Below, in pieces: positions 40,808-51,437 of a stretch of 64,000 nucleotides of DNA. The notes below the pieces were generated by a model, which was not told the origin of the DNA, did no database searches, and worked only from the letters and a program-made list of their open reading frames with translations. Where the stretch lies: positions 96,616 to 160,615 of the forward strand of contig JASFQB010000001.1 of NCBI GenBank assembly GCA_050115675.1, in the 5' to 3' direction. The position numbers and the translations under genes were made by a program. Source of the DNA: Candidatus Woesebacteria bacterium (GTDB lineage Bacteria; Patescibacteriota; Saccharimonadia; Saccharimonadales; EFPC-124). Position 1 is the first letter of the stretch, and every line of letters begins with the position of its first letter.

Positions 40808-40856
40808 GGCCGTTCTGTGCAAAGTTTTATTTTGCACAGAACGGCCTGTTTTTTAT
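40808..40856 (+). terminator. Rho-independent terminator.
   Basis: 16-bp stem ggccgttctgtgcaaa/tttgcacagaacggcc followed by TTTTTT. Confidence 0.7.
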
Positions 40857-40914
40857 TTAAAAATACAAAAACCACTCAGTTTAAGAGTGGTTTTTGCTTT
40901 CAGAGCGGTCAGCC

Positions 40915-42781
40915 CTATTTTTTAATTGTGTTTTTTATTGCACGTCGGCTGCGGGTCCAAGATGTTAATCCTAATCCAATTGCGCCTGTGCCAAATACTG
41001 TGCCAATCGTGGCTTCTATGCCTGTAGATGGCAATTCTTCTGGGGTTTCTGGTTGCTGCGGAGTTTCGGTGCAGCGTTCGTCTCCAACTGGTATGCCTGG
41101 CTTGCACTCCTCTATAGGAGGCTGCCCAACAGTTAACTTGCCAGCACAATCGTCAGACGTTACGTCTGTAACAATTTTGCCGTCTACAGCAAACGCAATG
41201 CTTACACGAGTGGTGTAATCTCCAGGTGTGGCATAGGTGTGAGTTTGGGTTTCTTGGCCTGCACCCACGGTTAGGCTTTGTCCGTCGCCAAAGCTAAAGG
41301 TGTATTGCTTAACAACCACCTGGCCTTGCGTAGAAGGCAAAACGGTGAACTCGTATGTATCGCGGCTTTTTTTAACGATGTTAAGCGACTTGCAGGTATA
41401 GATGTTATCTACGGGCTGCTCGGTCACCTCAAAGTTAGCCTTACAGCTGTCTGCTGTGACGGTTTTTTCTTGACCGTCAACGTCAACGGTTAAGTAGGCC
41501 TGGACACTGTACTTGCCGGCAGTTTGTTGAACGTAGTTTTGGCTGGTGCTGTTAGAAATCTCTTTGCCATCTGCATCTTTAACAACGTAAGTGTATTTTA
41601 CAAAGTCTGCGTTTTCTATTTTGCTTGTAGCTGTAAACTGGTACTGTGTGCGCGAAATAGTTTTAACAGATAGGGCAGAGCACTCATAAACTGGCTGTAC
41701 GCAAGTTTTGTTTGTGGTTACATTTGCGTCGTCTTCTTTAGAACCGTTGTCGGTTTCTACTGTGGCAACGTTGTGCAGGGTATTTTCGCCGCATTCTGGA
41801 AGGCTGTCGTTGCTGTTGACCTTGGCACTAAATATTACCCAGGCGTTGCCGTTTGGTGCGTAAGAGCCAATGTTTACGCCATCTGTTGTAATGTTGTCAG
41901 ATATTTTGGCGCCATCAGGATTTTGGCTGTTGCTTAACGTGCTGCTGCCAGCAACGTAGGCCATGCCTTCTGGAAGGTTGTCTTTGATGACAACGTTGTC
42001 TTGCTGAACAGCGCCGGTGTTTTTGTAGTAAACAATGTAATCAACGACTTCGCCAGGGGTTGTTTCTAGCGAGTCGACCCACTGATTTTGTCCGTGTTTG
42101 CTAACTTTTTTAAACATTTCAAACTTAGCTTCGGCTTTTACCTTAATTTTAAAGGTTACGGCGCCGGCAGAGTTTAAACAGCCGTTCCAGGTGCCAGATA
42201 GGTCTTTGTCGCCAACCTTTACGCCATCTGTGATTAGGCTGTCTGCCAATGTAGTTTGCTGGAAGTTAGTATGTAGCATTGCGGATCCGCTAACATACTC
42301 AAGTTCAACTTTATTGTCACTTGTAAGTTTGGCGGTGTCGTAAACTTCGCCAGGGTTGGTGTTGCTGGCGTTAACAAAGGCAGCAACAGTGGCGTTGCCG
42401 TCAACAAACTGAGGCAATAGAGCGCGCACGGTTACATCTTTGGCTATGCCAACGCCGCTGTCGTTTAGGGTTTCGGAGGCGTTGTTGTGAATGTAAACCT
42501 GAACCTGATACTCGTGGCCTTCAATAAGCTTGGTTTGAGCACTTAAGGCCTCGCCTGTCGTTAAGTCTTTTATAGTGGTAAACTCACGCTCGTCACCATA
42601 ATTTGGGTTGTTGGTTATAGAGTTAAAAACAGGGTAAGAAGCAGGATGCTCCATGGTAAAGGTGGTGCGGTCTGGGCTCCAGGCCATAACTGCCGCAGGC
42701 ACCAAAATAGCCAAGGCTATAATTGGCAATGCCAAAAAGCGCTTGGGCAGGTAGCTTAATAAGTTTTTATACTTTTTCATG
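40915..42781 (-). CDS. LPXTG-anchored surface protein with DUF11-like and PKD-like repeat domains.
   Basis: Signal peptide after MKKYKNLLSYL (RBS gggaga). C-terminal LPSTG motif followed by a hydrophobic segment and an RSRRAIKNTIKK tail. PKD-like YTFSFGDGQ..THTYATPGDYT. Confidence 0.75.
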
Positions 42782-42944
42782 TGTCTCCCTAAACTGTGGT
42801 TAATGTTATTAAAATGTAATTTTGGTATAATTTCAAGTTTTACAAATCGAATTGTTACAAATCGTGTAGTGTTGTTGCCAGGAGGAGCAACCACTTGAGC
42901 TTGTGGCTCGTTGTGGATGCTCCCCCTGGACGGGTGTCAACAGA

Positions 42945-43901
42945 TCAGCATGCGGTGATTCCAGGCGGACAGCCAGCATTTGTCCCAGGGTTAGTGGGGG
43001 CGGGTGCGGCTGTCTCGGGTGGCGGCGTTGAACGCGCCGTCACCTTTGGCGCTGGGGCCGCGGTTGTCTGCGGCACCAGTACGTTTCCGCTGTTCGCCGT
43101 TGGCCGGGTTTCGGCCGTTGGTGCAGCTGGATTATTTATTGGCTTCTCGACACCCGCAGGCTGCGGGGCGGTGGCCTTACCTGGAAGTTCCGGCGGTGAA
43201 GTCGTTCTGCTTTTTGTCGGGGTCTCCGACGGAGTCGCAGATGGCGTCACCCCAGGCGAACCGGACGGTGCGACAGGTGGAAGTAGCGGATTGCCACACA
43301 CTGCCTTGTGGGCAGGTCTGACATCTTCGGTTCCGGGCTCGTGGCCAGGAACAAAGAAGACTACCTCTCCTACGGGAAGAACTTGCGTCTGCCAAGCTTG
43401 CACATCCGCGCTGTCTTGTGGACAGTAGTGGTTGAGTACCAGCATGGTGGCTGGCAGCTCGATGTACATTAGCTGACTAACGTAGTCGCTTACCCGTTGC
43501 ACGGGAGTCAGGTTGTCCCAATCGGGCACCGTCTCGTCAACGAGATAGTAGTCCTTGTGGGCGTTGTAGAATCGGTCAAGTTTTTCAGCTTCAGCCTGGT
43601 GCAAAAGCAGCCATTCTGAAGCCATTTGAGGGCCATTTTCCTCGGCAAACCCCAGGTCATCATTTGCCTTTGGGGTTTCATCGCGCAGCCAGCATTCGCC
43701 GGGTCCTACTTCGCCTTGCGGCTGAGCAGGAATCGTACTGTCTATCACCGTAAAGTCGCCAAGACTGACGAAAGACGGTGATGGGGAAGCATTGGTGGCA
43801 ATGTTGCCGCCGTAACTTCCGCCAAAACTGCCAGACGTCGCCATGGTCAAAAACGTAACCACGGCTAGCGACGCAAGCAGCCATTCGGTGATGCGTCGCA
43901 T
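42945..43901 (-). CDS. Secreted Pro/Thr/Ala-rich protein (hypothetical), high GC.
   Basis: Signal peptide MRRITEWLLASLAVVTFLTMATSG. Long PT-rich C-terminus. GC is about 60%, against about 42% for the flanks. Confidence 0.45.
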   Translation of the reverse strand: MRRITEWLLASLAVVTFLTMATSGSFGGSYGGNIATNASPSPSFVSLGDFTVIDSTIPAQPQGEVGPGECWLRDETPKANDDLGFAEENGPQMASEWLLLHQAEAEKLDRFYNAHKDYYLVDETVPDWDNLTPVQRVSDYVSQLMYIELPATMLVLNHYCPQDSADVQAWQTQVLPVGEVVFFVPGHEPGTEDVRPAHKAVCGNPLLPPVAPSGSPGVTPSATPSETPTKSRTTSPPELPGKATAPQPAGVEKPINNPAAPTAETRPTANSGNVLVPQTTAAPAPKVTARSTPPPETAAPAPTNPGTNAGCPPGITAC

Positions 43902-43910
43902 GACGCCTCC

Positions 43911-44630
43911 TTACTGGTTGTCGTCGGTGTTGGGCTGTTGTGGCGCGCGCCGGTAGGCCGGACCGGTACGAACTCCCTGACGGGGGTCGGTGCCATCCGG
44001 GTTTGCGGGGCGTCGCGCTTGTGTTGTCCTTGCGGGACGTGCTGGACGATCGGGTCGACGCGTGCGGTGACGCTGCGGCACCTGGTGCTGCGTGTCAGCT
44101 CCGGGCTGGACCTGCGGAAGCGGAGCGGTAGCGCCGTTCCAGTCCTCGTCCTCCCCGCGGTAGTAATCGTCCGAAAAGTCCGTCAGAGGGTTCTGAGGTG
44201 CGTTTGCTTGCGGGTGAGCCTGCTGACGAGCGTGCGGTGCGCGCGTGGCATTGCTGCCGTCGTTCGCATCGTTGTCGTCAGACGAACGCTCCCGCCGCTG
44301 CTGAGCGCGTTCCATGTTGCGCCGCCTGGTGTGCATGCGCGCACGAACCCAGCTGATGCACGGCTTCCTCCCGAAGATCACGAACAAGATTATCATTACC
44401 GTGGCGATCTTGTTGTCGTTGATCCATCCGAACAGCCCCGAGATCAGGCCAAGCAGTCCGTCTCCGAATCCGGGGGCCGTATAACTTCCAGAGATGTTGA
44501 CGTTTTCGAGGCCACTGATCTTGTGAAGCTCGGCCGAGATGGCCGCAGCCTGCGTAACGTCGCTGTTGAGCGATGCCTGGTTGATGTACCAGGAGTAGGC
44601 GAGGTTGAGAACTACGATTGCCAGGGCCAT
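43911..44630 (-). CDS. Membrane protein with an Arg/Pro/Gln-rich disordered C-terminal tail (hypothetical), high GC.
   Basis: Two TM helices. The start at MALAIVV is uncertain; the ORF-track start at 44879 lies in AT-rich, probably non-coding sequence. Confidence 0.4.
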   Translation of the reverse strand: MALAIVVLNLAYSWYINQASLNSDVTQAAAISAELHKISGLENVNISGSYTAPGFGDGLLGLISGLFGWINDNKIATVMIILFVIFGRKPCISWVRARMHTRRRNMERAQQRRERSSDDNDANDGSNATRAPHARQQAHPQANAPQNPLTDFSDDYYRGEDEDWNGATAPLPQVQPGADTQHQVPQRHRTRRPDRPARPARTTQARRPANPDGTDPRQGVRTGPAYRRAPQQPNTDDNQ

Positions 44631-44933
44631 GAGCCCGGCGTTCTTTCTGATGAACTTAAACACGGCTTTCTCCGTTCTTGATCGATGTCTGATCTGTTGT
44701 ACGCTGCCTAGTGCAGCAACACACCTTAAAATGGGGGGAATTTTAAGGCGCGTTGCCACACTAAGTGCGCACGAACTGTAATAATTCGATTTGTTAATGT
44801 ACTCGCTTCTGACCTCCACCTCTGTTGTCCTAAGAAGCGATACTGTTATAAATATAACACTTTTAAGCAAAAAAGTCAATACTTTGTTGTGTAATGTAAA
44901 AGGCGGGGACGTTTGAAGATCCCCGCCTAAGAG

Positions 44934-45269
44934 CTATGCTTTGTTGTCGAGCTTTTGCATTACCCTATGTACCAGGGTGGCAACTTGGTTTTCGATTGCC
45001 TTACTGTGATCAGCCTCGCGCTTGTCGCGATCGGCTTGAGTCTCGGAGGCTCTTTCTTGATAGGTCTTGTCGATCACGCCCGACCTCATGTCGCGCCGTA
45101 CCCTGGTTTCGATGTTTTCTCGGCTAAGCTTACCAAGATTTACGCCGTTGGCAAGGTGACCAACAAGCCAGTTGTTCCAGTAGGTGTCCATGGCCCTAAC
45201 TGCTGGCGTCCAATGTGCCAGCATTAGGGCAACAACAAAAACTGCGCCAACCGCAAAAATACAGGTCAT
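44934..45269 (-). CDS. Small membrane protein (hypothetical).
   Basis: N-terminal TM helix. High-GC block. Confidence 0.35.
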   Translation of the reverse strand: MTCIFAVGAVFVVALMLAHWTPAVRAMDTYWNNWLVGHLANGVNLGKLSRENIETRVRRDMRSGVIDKTYQERASETQADRDKREADHSKAIENQVATLVHRVMQKLDNKA

Positions 45270-45376
45270 TATTCCTCCAGAGTCTCGTGTAGACTTGCAA
45301 TATAGTAAGGCTTTGGTGATTGCTTGTCAATAGAAGTACTGCCCCGTTTTGTTTGTTAAGCAAAACGGGGCAGAGT

Positions 45377-46297
45377 CTAGCCAAAACTTAGGGCGGCAAC
45401 AGTTGCTCGCCTGTGGTCTGGCCACATATTACCAATGGTAAGTTCGCGCCTTCGAGGTTTGATAAACCTAGCATTGTTCTGTGTGTCTAGCTCGCCAATT
45501 TGGCTCATACTCAGTTTGACAACAGCGGTGTAAACTGTGGTCCAAAAGTTTAGCGTGTGCACTTTACTGGTCGGCCTGATGGCGCGAACGATTTTAAAGC
45601 CTGCCTCGGGCGGAGTAAAAATTCCAGCCTCAAGCATTAGGATTCTGCGTGCTGCCGCATGAATACCTTTAACCGTAACTGGGCGGTTGCTCGCCTTCCA
45701 CTGCGGCATGGTCAGGCCGTAGTCAGCTGGTAAAACATAGCCACCAACAAGTGCCGGAATCGTTCTCCCTTCGGACTGCCTGTCGATGACAAGAAAACTA
45801 TTATCTGGAGTTACAAGCACCACATCTGTAACAACGTTATTGCCAAAATAAAAACCGTAGCCAATGCCCGTAGGCATGCCAATGTCAGGATGACAAAGCA
45901 ATCTTACGACGTTAGGATTAATGGGGCGACCATGCAGATCAAGGGCCAGCCCAGAATCCGAAAACACTCTACTAAGCTGTTCTGGAACCTGCCAATTGTT
46001 CTTGTGGCTGGTGTTATAGTCTAGATCGATGTCCCGGCTGTGCATGAGTCGGCGATTAGGATGTGATGGAACGTCGTAACCCTCTGGAATAAGATAGCGT
46101 CCATTTGATCCGCGAAGCCTTGCGATACTATGTGGACTTCTTACGGTCCAGCGAGCATTCTCTCTTTTGTGTCCAGATGGTTTAACATTATTAGCGATTT
46201 CATCTAGATCTTCATCTGTGTATTCGCGTCCTCCATATCCCTGACCCCAAAGCCTATGGTCTGGAACAATAGCATAGTCTTGCTCTGCAAAGTTCAC
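45377..46297 (-). CDS. Hypothetical protein, possibly a degenerate Nudix-like fold.
   Basis: Weak Nudix-like segment (LVIDRQSEGR..ALVGGYVLP...AARRILMLEAGIF) lacking a canonical REx2EE box. Confidence 0.35.
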   Translation of the reverse strand: MNFAEQDYAIVPDHRLWGQGYGGREYTDEDLDEIANNVKPSGHKRENARWTVRSPHSIARLRGSNGRYLIPEGYDVPSHPNRRLMHSRDIDLDYNTSHKNNWQVPEQLSRVFSDSGLALDLHGRPINPNVVRLLCHPDIGMPTGIGYGFYFGNNVVTDVVLVTPDNSFLVIDRQSEGRTIPALVGGYVLPADYGLTMPQWKASNRPVTVKGIHAAARRILMLEAGIFTPPEAGFKIVRAIRPTSKVHTLNFWTTVYTAVVKLSMSQIGELDTQNNARFIKPRRRELTIGNMWPDHRRATVAALSFG

Positions 46298-46393
46298 AGC
46301 GGTGCTCCAATCCCTAGATGGTGACTACTACTAGTGTAGCAAAAAGCGCACCAGATAAAATAGTGCGCTTAGTGCTAATTGTCATAAATGACG

Positions 46394-47665
46394 TTATTTT
46401 TTAAAGATGGTGTTTTTGATGTCGCGACGAGTTCGTACGTAGTAGCGACCAGCAGCAGCTATGCTGCCTGCGCCCAATGCACCACCTAGAAGCTCGGCTG
46501 GGCCTGTGCTTGGTAGCTCTTCGGGCGTTTCAGGAGTTTCTTCGTCGTCGATGGTGATTGTTGTTTCACAGTTAACGCTTTTAACCTCTTTTGCAATGTT
46601 AAAGTTGGCTGTTGCGACAATGGTGTATGTGCCAGCTTTTGCATATTCGTGCTTGGTTGTTACGGTTGTGCCGTCGTTGGTTGTTAGGTCTTTTGCAGAT
46701 TGACTGTCGCCAAAGCTAAAGTTTGCAGTTTTTAGAACAGCTCCACCGCTAGCAGAAGTTGTGGCAGTAAACTCGTAGTTTGTGCGAGTTATTTTTTTAG
46801 CGGTTAGCGCAGAACATTCGTAAATTGGGGTAGGTGGTTGAGGAACGTCTACTAACTTTGTACATTCAACGCGGGTGTCGCTTTTTTCTGATCCGTTTAC
46901 GTTAAAGTAAACTGTTGCTTTGGCTGTATATTGGCCTGGTGCGTAGGTGTGAGTAACTTCTTGGTCGAAGTTGCTTGTTATGGTTTTGCTTTTGCCGTCA
47001 CCAAAGTCGTAAACGATTTTTGTAACGGTAGCTCCATCTTTTACATAGGGAGTAGCTACATACCTGTAAGTAGAATCGCTAACTTTAGTTTGCTGAAGCA
47101 TTTCACACTTGTAGCCTGGGCTTTTGCCCCAAGATGGGTTACCACAGGCTGTTAAAACAGCAAGCTTCATGCTGTGGTCGTCGCTGTTAAATACAGCGTA
47201 GCCATCAAGAGAGTTAGCAGCAAAGCTTATTTGAGTTTTGCTGTAGTAGTAGGTGTTTCCAGCGATGTTAATAGTGGAACGGTTGGTGCTGCCAGATTGG
47301 CGGCCAAGACTATAGGCGTCGGTGGCAACAATTGTGCCGTCGTCGGTTTTAATCTCTCCGTTTTTGTAAACTGTAACGTGTTGACTTTGGTTGGCGACTT
47401 CGTTGCCAGTTACACCCCAGTTGCCGTAAATGTTTTGCAGGTCGCCGTATGGGTTTTGTTGGAATTTAGACCAAAAATCACCCAAGTTGCTGTAACCACA
47501 TTTAATAACCGCGTTGTTATCGCAGTCTACGGCTGCATTTGTTTTTGCAGGGTTAAATAGGCCAAATGTAATGGCCGCACCGCTTAAAATCACAAAAGCA
47601 CTAGCAACAAGTATTTTGCTGCCGGCTGCATGACGAACATAATTAAAAATAGTCTTAACTTTACG
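46394..47665 (-). CDS. LPXTG-anchored surface protein with PKD-like repeats, paralogous to 40915..42781.
   Basis: Signal peptide. PKD-like YDFGDGKSK..THTYAPGQYT. C-terminal TPEELPSTG followed by a hydrophobic segment and an RRDIKNTIFKK tail. Confidence 0.7.
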   Translation of the reverse strand, partial: RKVKTIFNYVRHAAGSKILVASAFVILSGAAITFGLFNPAKTNAAVDCDNNAVIKCGYSNLGDFWSKFQQNPYGDLQNIYGNWGVTGNEVANQSQHVTVYKNGEIKTDDGTIVATDAYSLGRQSGSTNRSTINIAGNTYYYSKTQISFAANSLDGYAVFNSDDHSMKLAVLTACGNPSWGKSPGYKCEMLQQTKVSDSTYRYVATPYVKDGATVTKIVYDFGDGKSKTITSNFDQEVTHTYAPGQYTAKATVYFNVNGSEKSDTRVECTKLVDVPQPPTPIYECSALTAKKITRTNYEFTATTSASGGAVLKTANFSFGDSQSAKDLTTNDGTTVTTKHEYAKAGTYTIVATANFNIAKEVKSVNCETTITIDDEETPETPEELPSTGPAELLGGALGAGSIAAAGRYYVRTRRDIKNTIFKK

Positions 47666-47775
47666 CATAACACCTCCTAATGTGTCTGTATAGTACACTA
47701 TCACATATGTGCAAAAAAGTCAATTTACTTACGCTTAAAAACTTTGCGTTTTATGGTGTATACTAGAGTTGTTTT

Positions 47776-48177
47776 ATGAAAAAGAATAAAAATTTACCAC
47801 TGTTGATGAACGCATCAATAAAAGCGGGCTTTCCTAACCCGGCCGAAGACAGCGGGGGAGTGGGGCTGGACCTAAATGACTTGCTGGTTAAGCACCCTGT
47901 TAGTACATATTATTTGAGGGTTGAAGGCGATTCTATGACGGGTGTTGGTATAAATACGGGCGACATTGTAGTGGTGGACAAATCACTACAGCCGCGCAGC
48001 GGAGATATTGTAGTGGCAGCTGTAGAGGGCGAATTTACGCTGAAAAGACTTAAAAAACAGGGACAGCAGGCATGGTTGTTAGCAGAGAATCCAAATTATC
48101 AACCAATTGCCTTGCACGAAGCTCAAGATGCTCAAATATGGGGTGTGGTCACTTTTTGGATACACAAGCAAAGATAA
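47776..48177 (+). CDS. umuD: UmuD-like S24 peptidase (LexA C-terminal domain only).
   Basis: Catalytic Ser in VEGDSM and Lys in the LKRL region. No N-terminal HTH. Confidence 0.7.
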   Translation: MKKNKNLPLLMNASIKAGFPNPAEDSGGVGLDLNDLLVKHPVSTYYLRVEGDSMTGVGINTGDIVVVDKSLQPRSGDIVVAAVEGEFTLKRLKKQGQQAWLLAENPNYQPIALHEAQDAQIWGVVTFWIHKQR

Positions 48178-48274
48178 TTTTAAAAAAGAGGCCCGCACAA
48201 AGTGGGCTGAGTCAAGCGGTATTTAGCCACTTGATGCGAGCCTCCTTGTTCGAGCCCCCGACCTTGTCGGATTA

Positions 48275-49363
48275 TTAGGCGGTTGCAAACCGCTTGTTTA
48301 GTACTGCATTGCAGATGCCGTAAAGTATGTGGGTCATGATGATCGCGGGGATCACAATTGCCACGGTGCCCGTCGCCAATCCAAGTGACGCGGCGGTCAG
48401 ACCGTTTTGGTGACCGATGGCCAGGTACAGCCTGTCTTGCTTGGAGTATCCGCTGCCAATGGTGACTAGTGGAACCACAATTGCCTGCGAAATGAATGCC
48501 ATTGCTCCCAGGGCAAGACCCCAGAACATTTGGCTGTCAAGGCCATTGCTGGTGACGTGCTCAAAAAGCAGCCATCCCACAATTGTGCCAGCCGCCAAAA
48601 ACGAGAATCGCGCGGCGGTCTCGAGCTTGGCGTTGATCCAATCGTAGGCCTTAGTCTCTGGGCGAATGCAAAGCCCCATCAGGGCCAGGCCAAACATCCA
48701 GTACCAAGTTGCCCCGGCCAGAATGGCGACGACGAGCAGAATTGCCGTAGAAGCGATTTTTCTGAACATGCTACCACGGTATACCAGTCGCCACATCCAG
48801 ACAGCAACAGCCACTAAGGCAAGGTTGAAGAACAGGTATAGTCCGTAGCCTGTAGCGCTGTCAATCTGTACGCTGTTGATCTGGATTCCCAGGTTAAACT
48901 TAAAGGTTTGTTGCGTGATGACCAGCATGACTGTCAAAAGCACCGTAACTGGGTCGTCCAAAGACGACCAAGCGCGAAGTAGGTTGTCGGCCTTCTTAGA
49001 GATGTGTGACGAACCAACCAACGCTCCAACAGAGAGGGGGTCGATCTGCGCCACAACCAGTCCGAGCACCAAAAACATTGGCTGTCCGCTGGCAAAATAC
49101 AGCGCGATCCCGATGATGAGCGCCTTAACAAAGACGCCAACCGTGACGGCCAGTGCGACGACTCGCCAGTCACTACCCTTTAGCTCGTTTTTGTCGATTC
49201 CAAAGGTGCAGCCAACCAGGCCGGCGCCTAGTAGTAACGCGTAAAACCAGGGGTTACCTTGAAGGTTAATGCTAGAGGAGTTCCCGATTGCGCCAATAAT
49301 TAGCGTTAGTATTACCAGTGTGCGTATGCCCATTTTTTGAACGATGTTAAGCATTGTGTGCAA
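48275..49363 (-). CDS. Cation:proton antiporter-like polytopic membrane transporter.
   Basis: About 11 TM helices with a CPA-type fold pattern. GC is about 50%, higher than the flanks. Confidence 0.55.
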   Translation of the reverse strand: MHTMLNIVQKMGIRTLVILTLIIGAIGNSSSINLQGNPWFYALLLGAGLVGCTFGIDKNELKGSDWRVVALAVTVGVFVKALIIGIALYFASGQPMFLVLGLVVAQIDPLSVGALVGSSHISKKADNLLRAWSSLDDPVTVLLTVMLVITQQTFKFNLGIQINSVQIDSATGYGLYLFFNLALVAVAVWMWRLVYRGSMFRKIASTAILLVVAILAGATWYWMFGLALMGLCIRPETKAYDWINAKLETAARFSFLAAGTIVGWLLFEHVTSNGLDSQMFWGLALGAMAFISQAIVVPLVTIGSGYSKQDRLYLAIGHQNGLTAASLGLATGTVAIVIPAIIMTHILYGICNAVLNKRFATA

Positions 49364-49665
49364 CCTCTTTCGTGTATGACGAAAAGACTGTTATATAAAA
49401 ACATGAAATTGTAAAAAAGTAAACCCCTTGCTGCAAGATGACAAGGGGCAGGTTGTTCTACTCTGGCGGGATACCTCCGATTGCCATCATAAGCTGTGTA
49501 AATCGGTATACAATGGCATCTTCGCGACTTGTTGGAGTATCGCTTGGCTCGTTGCTTTGCGTGGTTGGCGGGTTTGTGTTTTGGTCGGCTTGATCTTGGT
49601 TGGCCTTGACCTGCTGCGCCATGGTTTTTCCTTTCGCCCGAAAGAACTGTTTTATAATACAACAC

Positions 49666-50970
49666 ATGACACGTAAAGCAAAAGTTTTTGCATTAGTAGA
49701 TTGCAATAACTTTTTTGTAAGCTGCGAACGAGTTTTTAGGCCAGACTTGTGGAACAAGCCCGTGGCTGTTTTAAGTTGCAATGATGGCTGCATTGTGGCG
49801 CGCAGCAACGAGGTAAAACAAATTGGAATTCCTATGGGTTCGCCTTTGTTTAAGGTTAAAGATGTTGTGGCTGCAAACAATATAACTTTGTTTTCGGGCA
49901 ATTTTGCTTTGTATGGTGATTTTTCGCAACGAGTGGTGCAAATTCTGCAATCTGCCTGCCCTGATGTTGAGGTGTACTCTGTTGATGAGTCGTTTTTAGA
50001 GATTTCTGCTTTAAATATTGATAATTATCACGATTGGGCAGCAAAACTCAGAGCGAACATTTTGCAATGGACAGGCATACCTGTATCAATAGGGGTGGCG
50101 CCTACAAAAACTTTGGCAAAGGCGGCCGCCGAATTTGCTAAAAAGACTTTTTTGCCAGATGGCGTGCATGTTTTGTGTAGTGACGGGCAAATTTCGCCTA
50201 CCGAGGCTAAAAAGCGCCATGATGATCTTTTAAGATGGCTGCCGATAGATGATGTGTGGGGTGTGGGGCGCAGGCTGGCTCCAGTTTTGCGGCAAAAGGG
50301 CATATCTACGGCCCAGCATTTAACAGAGGTGGGCGATAAATGGGCTCAGCAGCAGCTAAGTATATCTGGTGCCAGGACTGTGTGTGAGCTAAGGGGTGAG
50401 TCGTGCATTCCAATGACAAAACAAGAGCCTCAAAAAACTATAGCCAGCACAAGATCTTTTGGTCATACCGTGCGTAATTATTACGAATTAGAAGGAGCGA
50501 TCGCTACTTACGCAGCTCAGGCAGCGGCAAAGTTGCGTAATCAAAACAGTGTTGTAAGTGCGATTTTGGTGTTTTTGCGAACAAGTAAAAAATACGACAA
50601 AAAATATGGTGCTAGTATTGTTGTGCAAATACAGCAGCCTAGTGCAGACACAGGGGCAATTATTGGTGCCGCATTGAGCGGTTTGGCCTCTATTTACGAT
50701 AAAGATTTAGCATATAAAAAGGGTGGAATCGTGCTGTTGGATTTAGCGCCTGCGACTGCATGGCAGATGTCTTTATTGGATCAAAATCCAAGTAAAATTG
50801 ACCAGCAAGTTGCATTGATGAGCGCCGTAGATACACTAAACCAAAAATACGGCGTGCGTCTTGTGCAACATGCTAGCGAACAGATTGCCGGAAAAAGTTG
50901 GCAAAGCAAGTCGCAGCTGTGTAGCCCTGCGTACACCACAAATTGGCTCGCATTACCAAAAGTTGGGTAA
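49666..50970 (+). CDS. umuC: Y-family DNA polymerase (UmuC/DinB-like).
   Basis: FALVDCNNFFVSCERVFRPDLWNKPVAVLSCNDGCIVARSNE...IGIPMG (palm catalytic Asp/Glu motifs), SVDESFLE. Confidence 0.85.
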   Translation: MTRKAKVFALVDCNNFFVSCERVFRPDLWNKPVAVLSCNDGCIVARSNEVKQIGIPMGSPLFKVKDVVAANNITLFSGNFALYGDFSQRVVQILQSACPDVEVYSVDESFLEISALNIDNYHDWAAKLRANILQWTGIPVSIGVAPTKTLAKAAAEFAKKTFLPDGVHVLCSDGQISPTEAKKRHDDLLRWLPIDDVWGVGRRLAPVLRQKGISTAQHLTEVGDKWAQQQLSISGARTVCELRGESCIPMTKQEPQKTIASTRSFGHTVRNYYELEGAIATYAAQAAAKLRNQNSVVSAILVFLRTSKKYDKKYGASIVVQIQQPSADTGAIIGAALSGLASIYDKDLAYKKGGIVLLDLAPATAWQMSLLDQNPSKIDQQVALMSAVDTLNQKYGVRLVQHASEQIAGKSWQSKSQLCSPAYTTNWLALPKVG

Positions 50971-51104
50971 ATGGCCTTAAGAGTGTTCTTGTTTGGTTCT
51001 TGACCGCTACCGATATCTGTGTCACCATTAGTTTAAGCACGGTGTTGTGGCAGGGCTAAAAAAGCTCGCAATAGCGTGCAGTACTGATCGAAAGGGGTTC
51101 TGTT

Positions 51105-51437
51105 ATGTCCAGTCATCGTCTTTCTGTTGATGTGGTCCCCCAGGCTAGTTTTGGCCAGACTCGTAGACGTCGTGGACATATTGTTCTTGTTCTTGAGCGG
51201 GTTACCGCTATCAAGCACGCGTACACAAATGGAAGGTGGGATGATCTAGCGTGGGGCGGAGTTGTTTTGGCTATTGTGCATAAGCTTAACGCTTCTATGC
51301 AAGACGGCAAACCGAAGTTTACAAATGGTGAAGTGGACGCAACTTTGCGTTATTTGTGGGGAGCGGGCGAAATCACAGCGCCAGAGGAAAGTGCGGACGA
51401 GAAGGGTAGTCATCACGTAGCGATCGCTGGAGTTTAA
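51105..51437 (+). CDS. Hypothetical protein.
   Basis: ORF only. Confidence 0.3.
   Translation: MSSHRLSVDVVPQASFGQTRRRRGHIVLVLERVTAIKHAYTNGRWDDLAWGGVVLAIVHKLNASMQDGKPKFTNGEVDATLRYLWGAGEITAPEESADEKGSHHVAIAGV

Noticed and set aside
42895-44681. Plus-strand ORFs 42895-43428, 43004-43321, 43938-44681 and others in the high-GC block.
   Set aside because: Antisense to better-supported minus-strand genes with signal peptides or TM helices. Gly/Ala/Arg-rich low-complexity translations typical of GC-rich noise.
48180-48300. tRNA-like T-arm sequence (gttcgagcccccgacc) after umuD.
   Set aside because: No acceptor, D or anticodon arms can be paired around it. It reads as a terminator-like hairpin (gcccgcacaaagtgggc) plus the 3' end of the antiporter gene.
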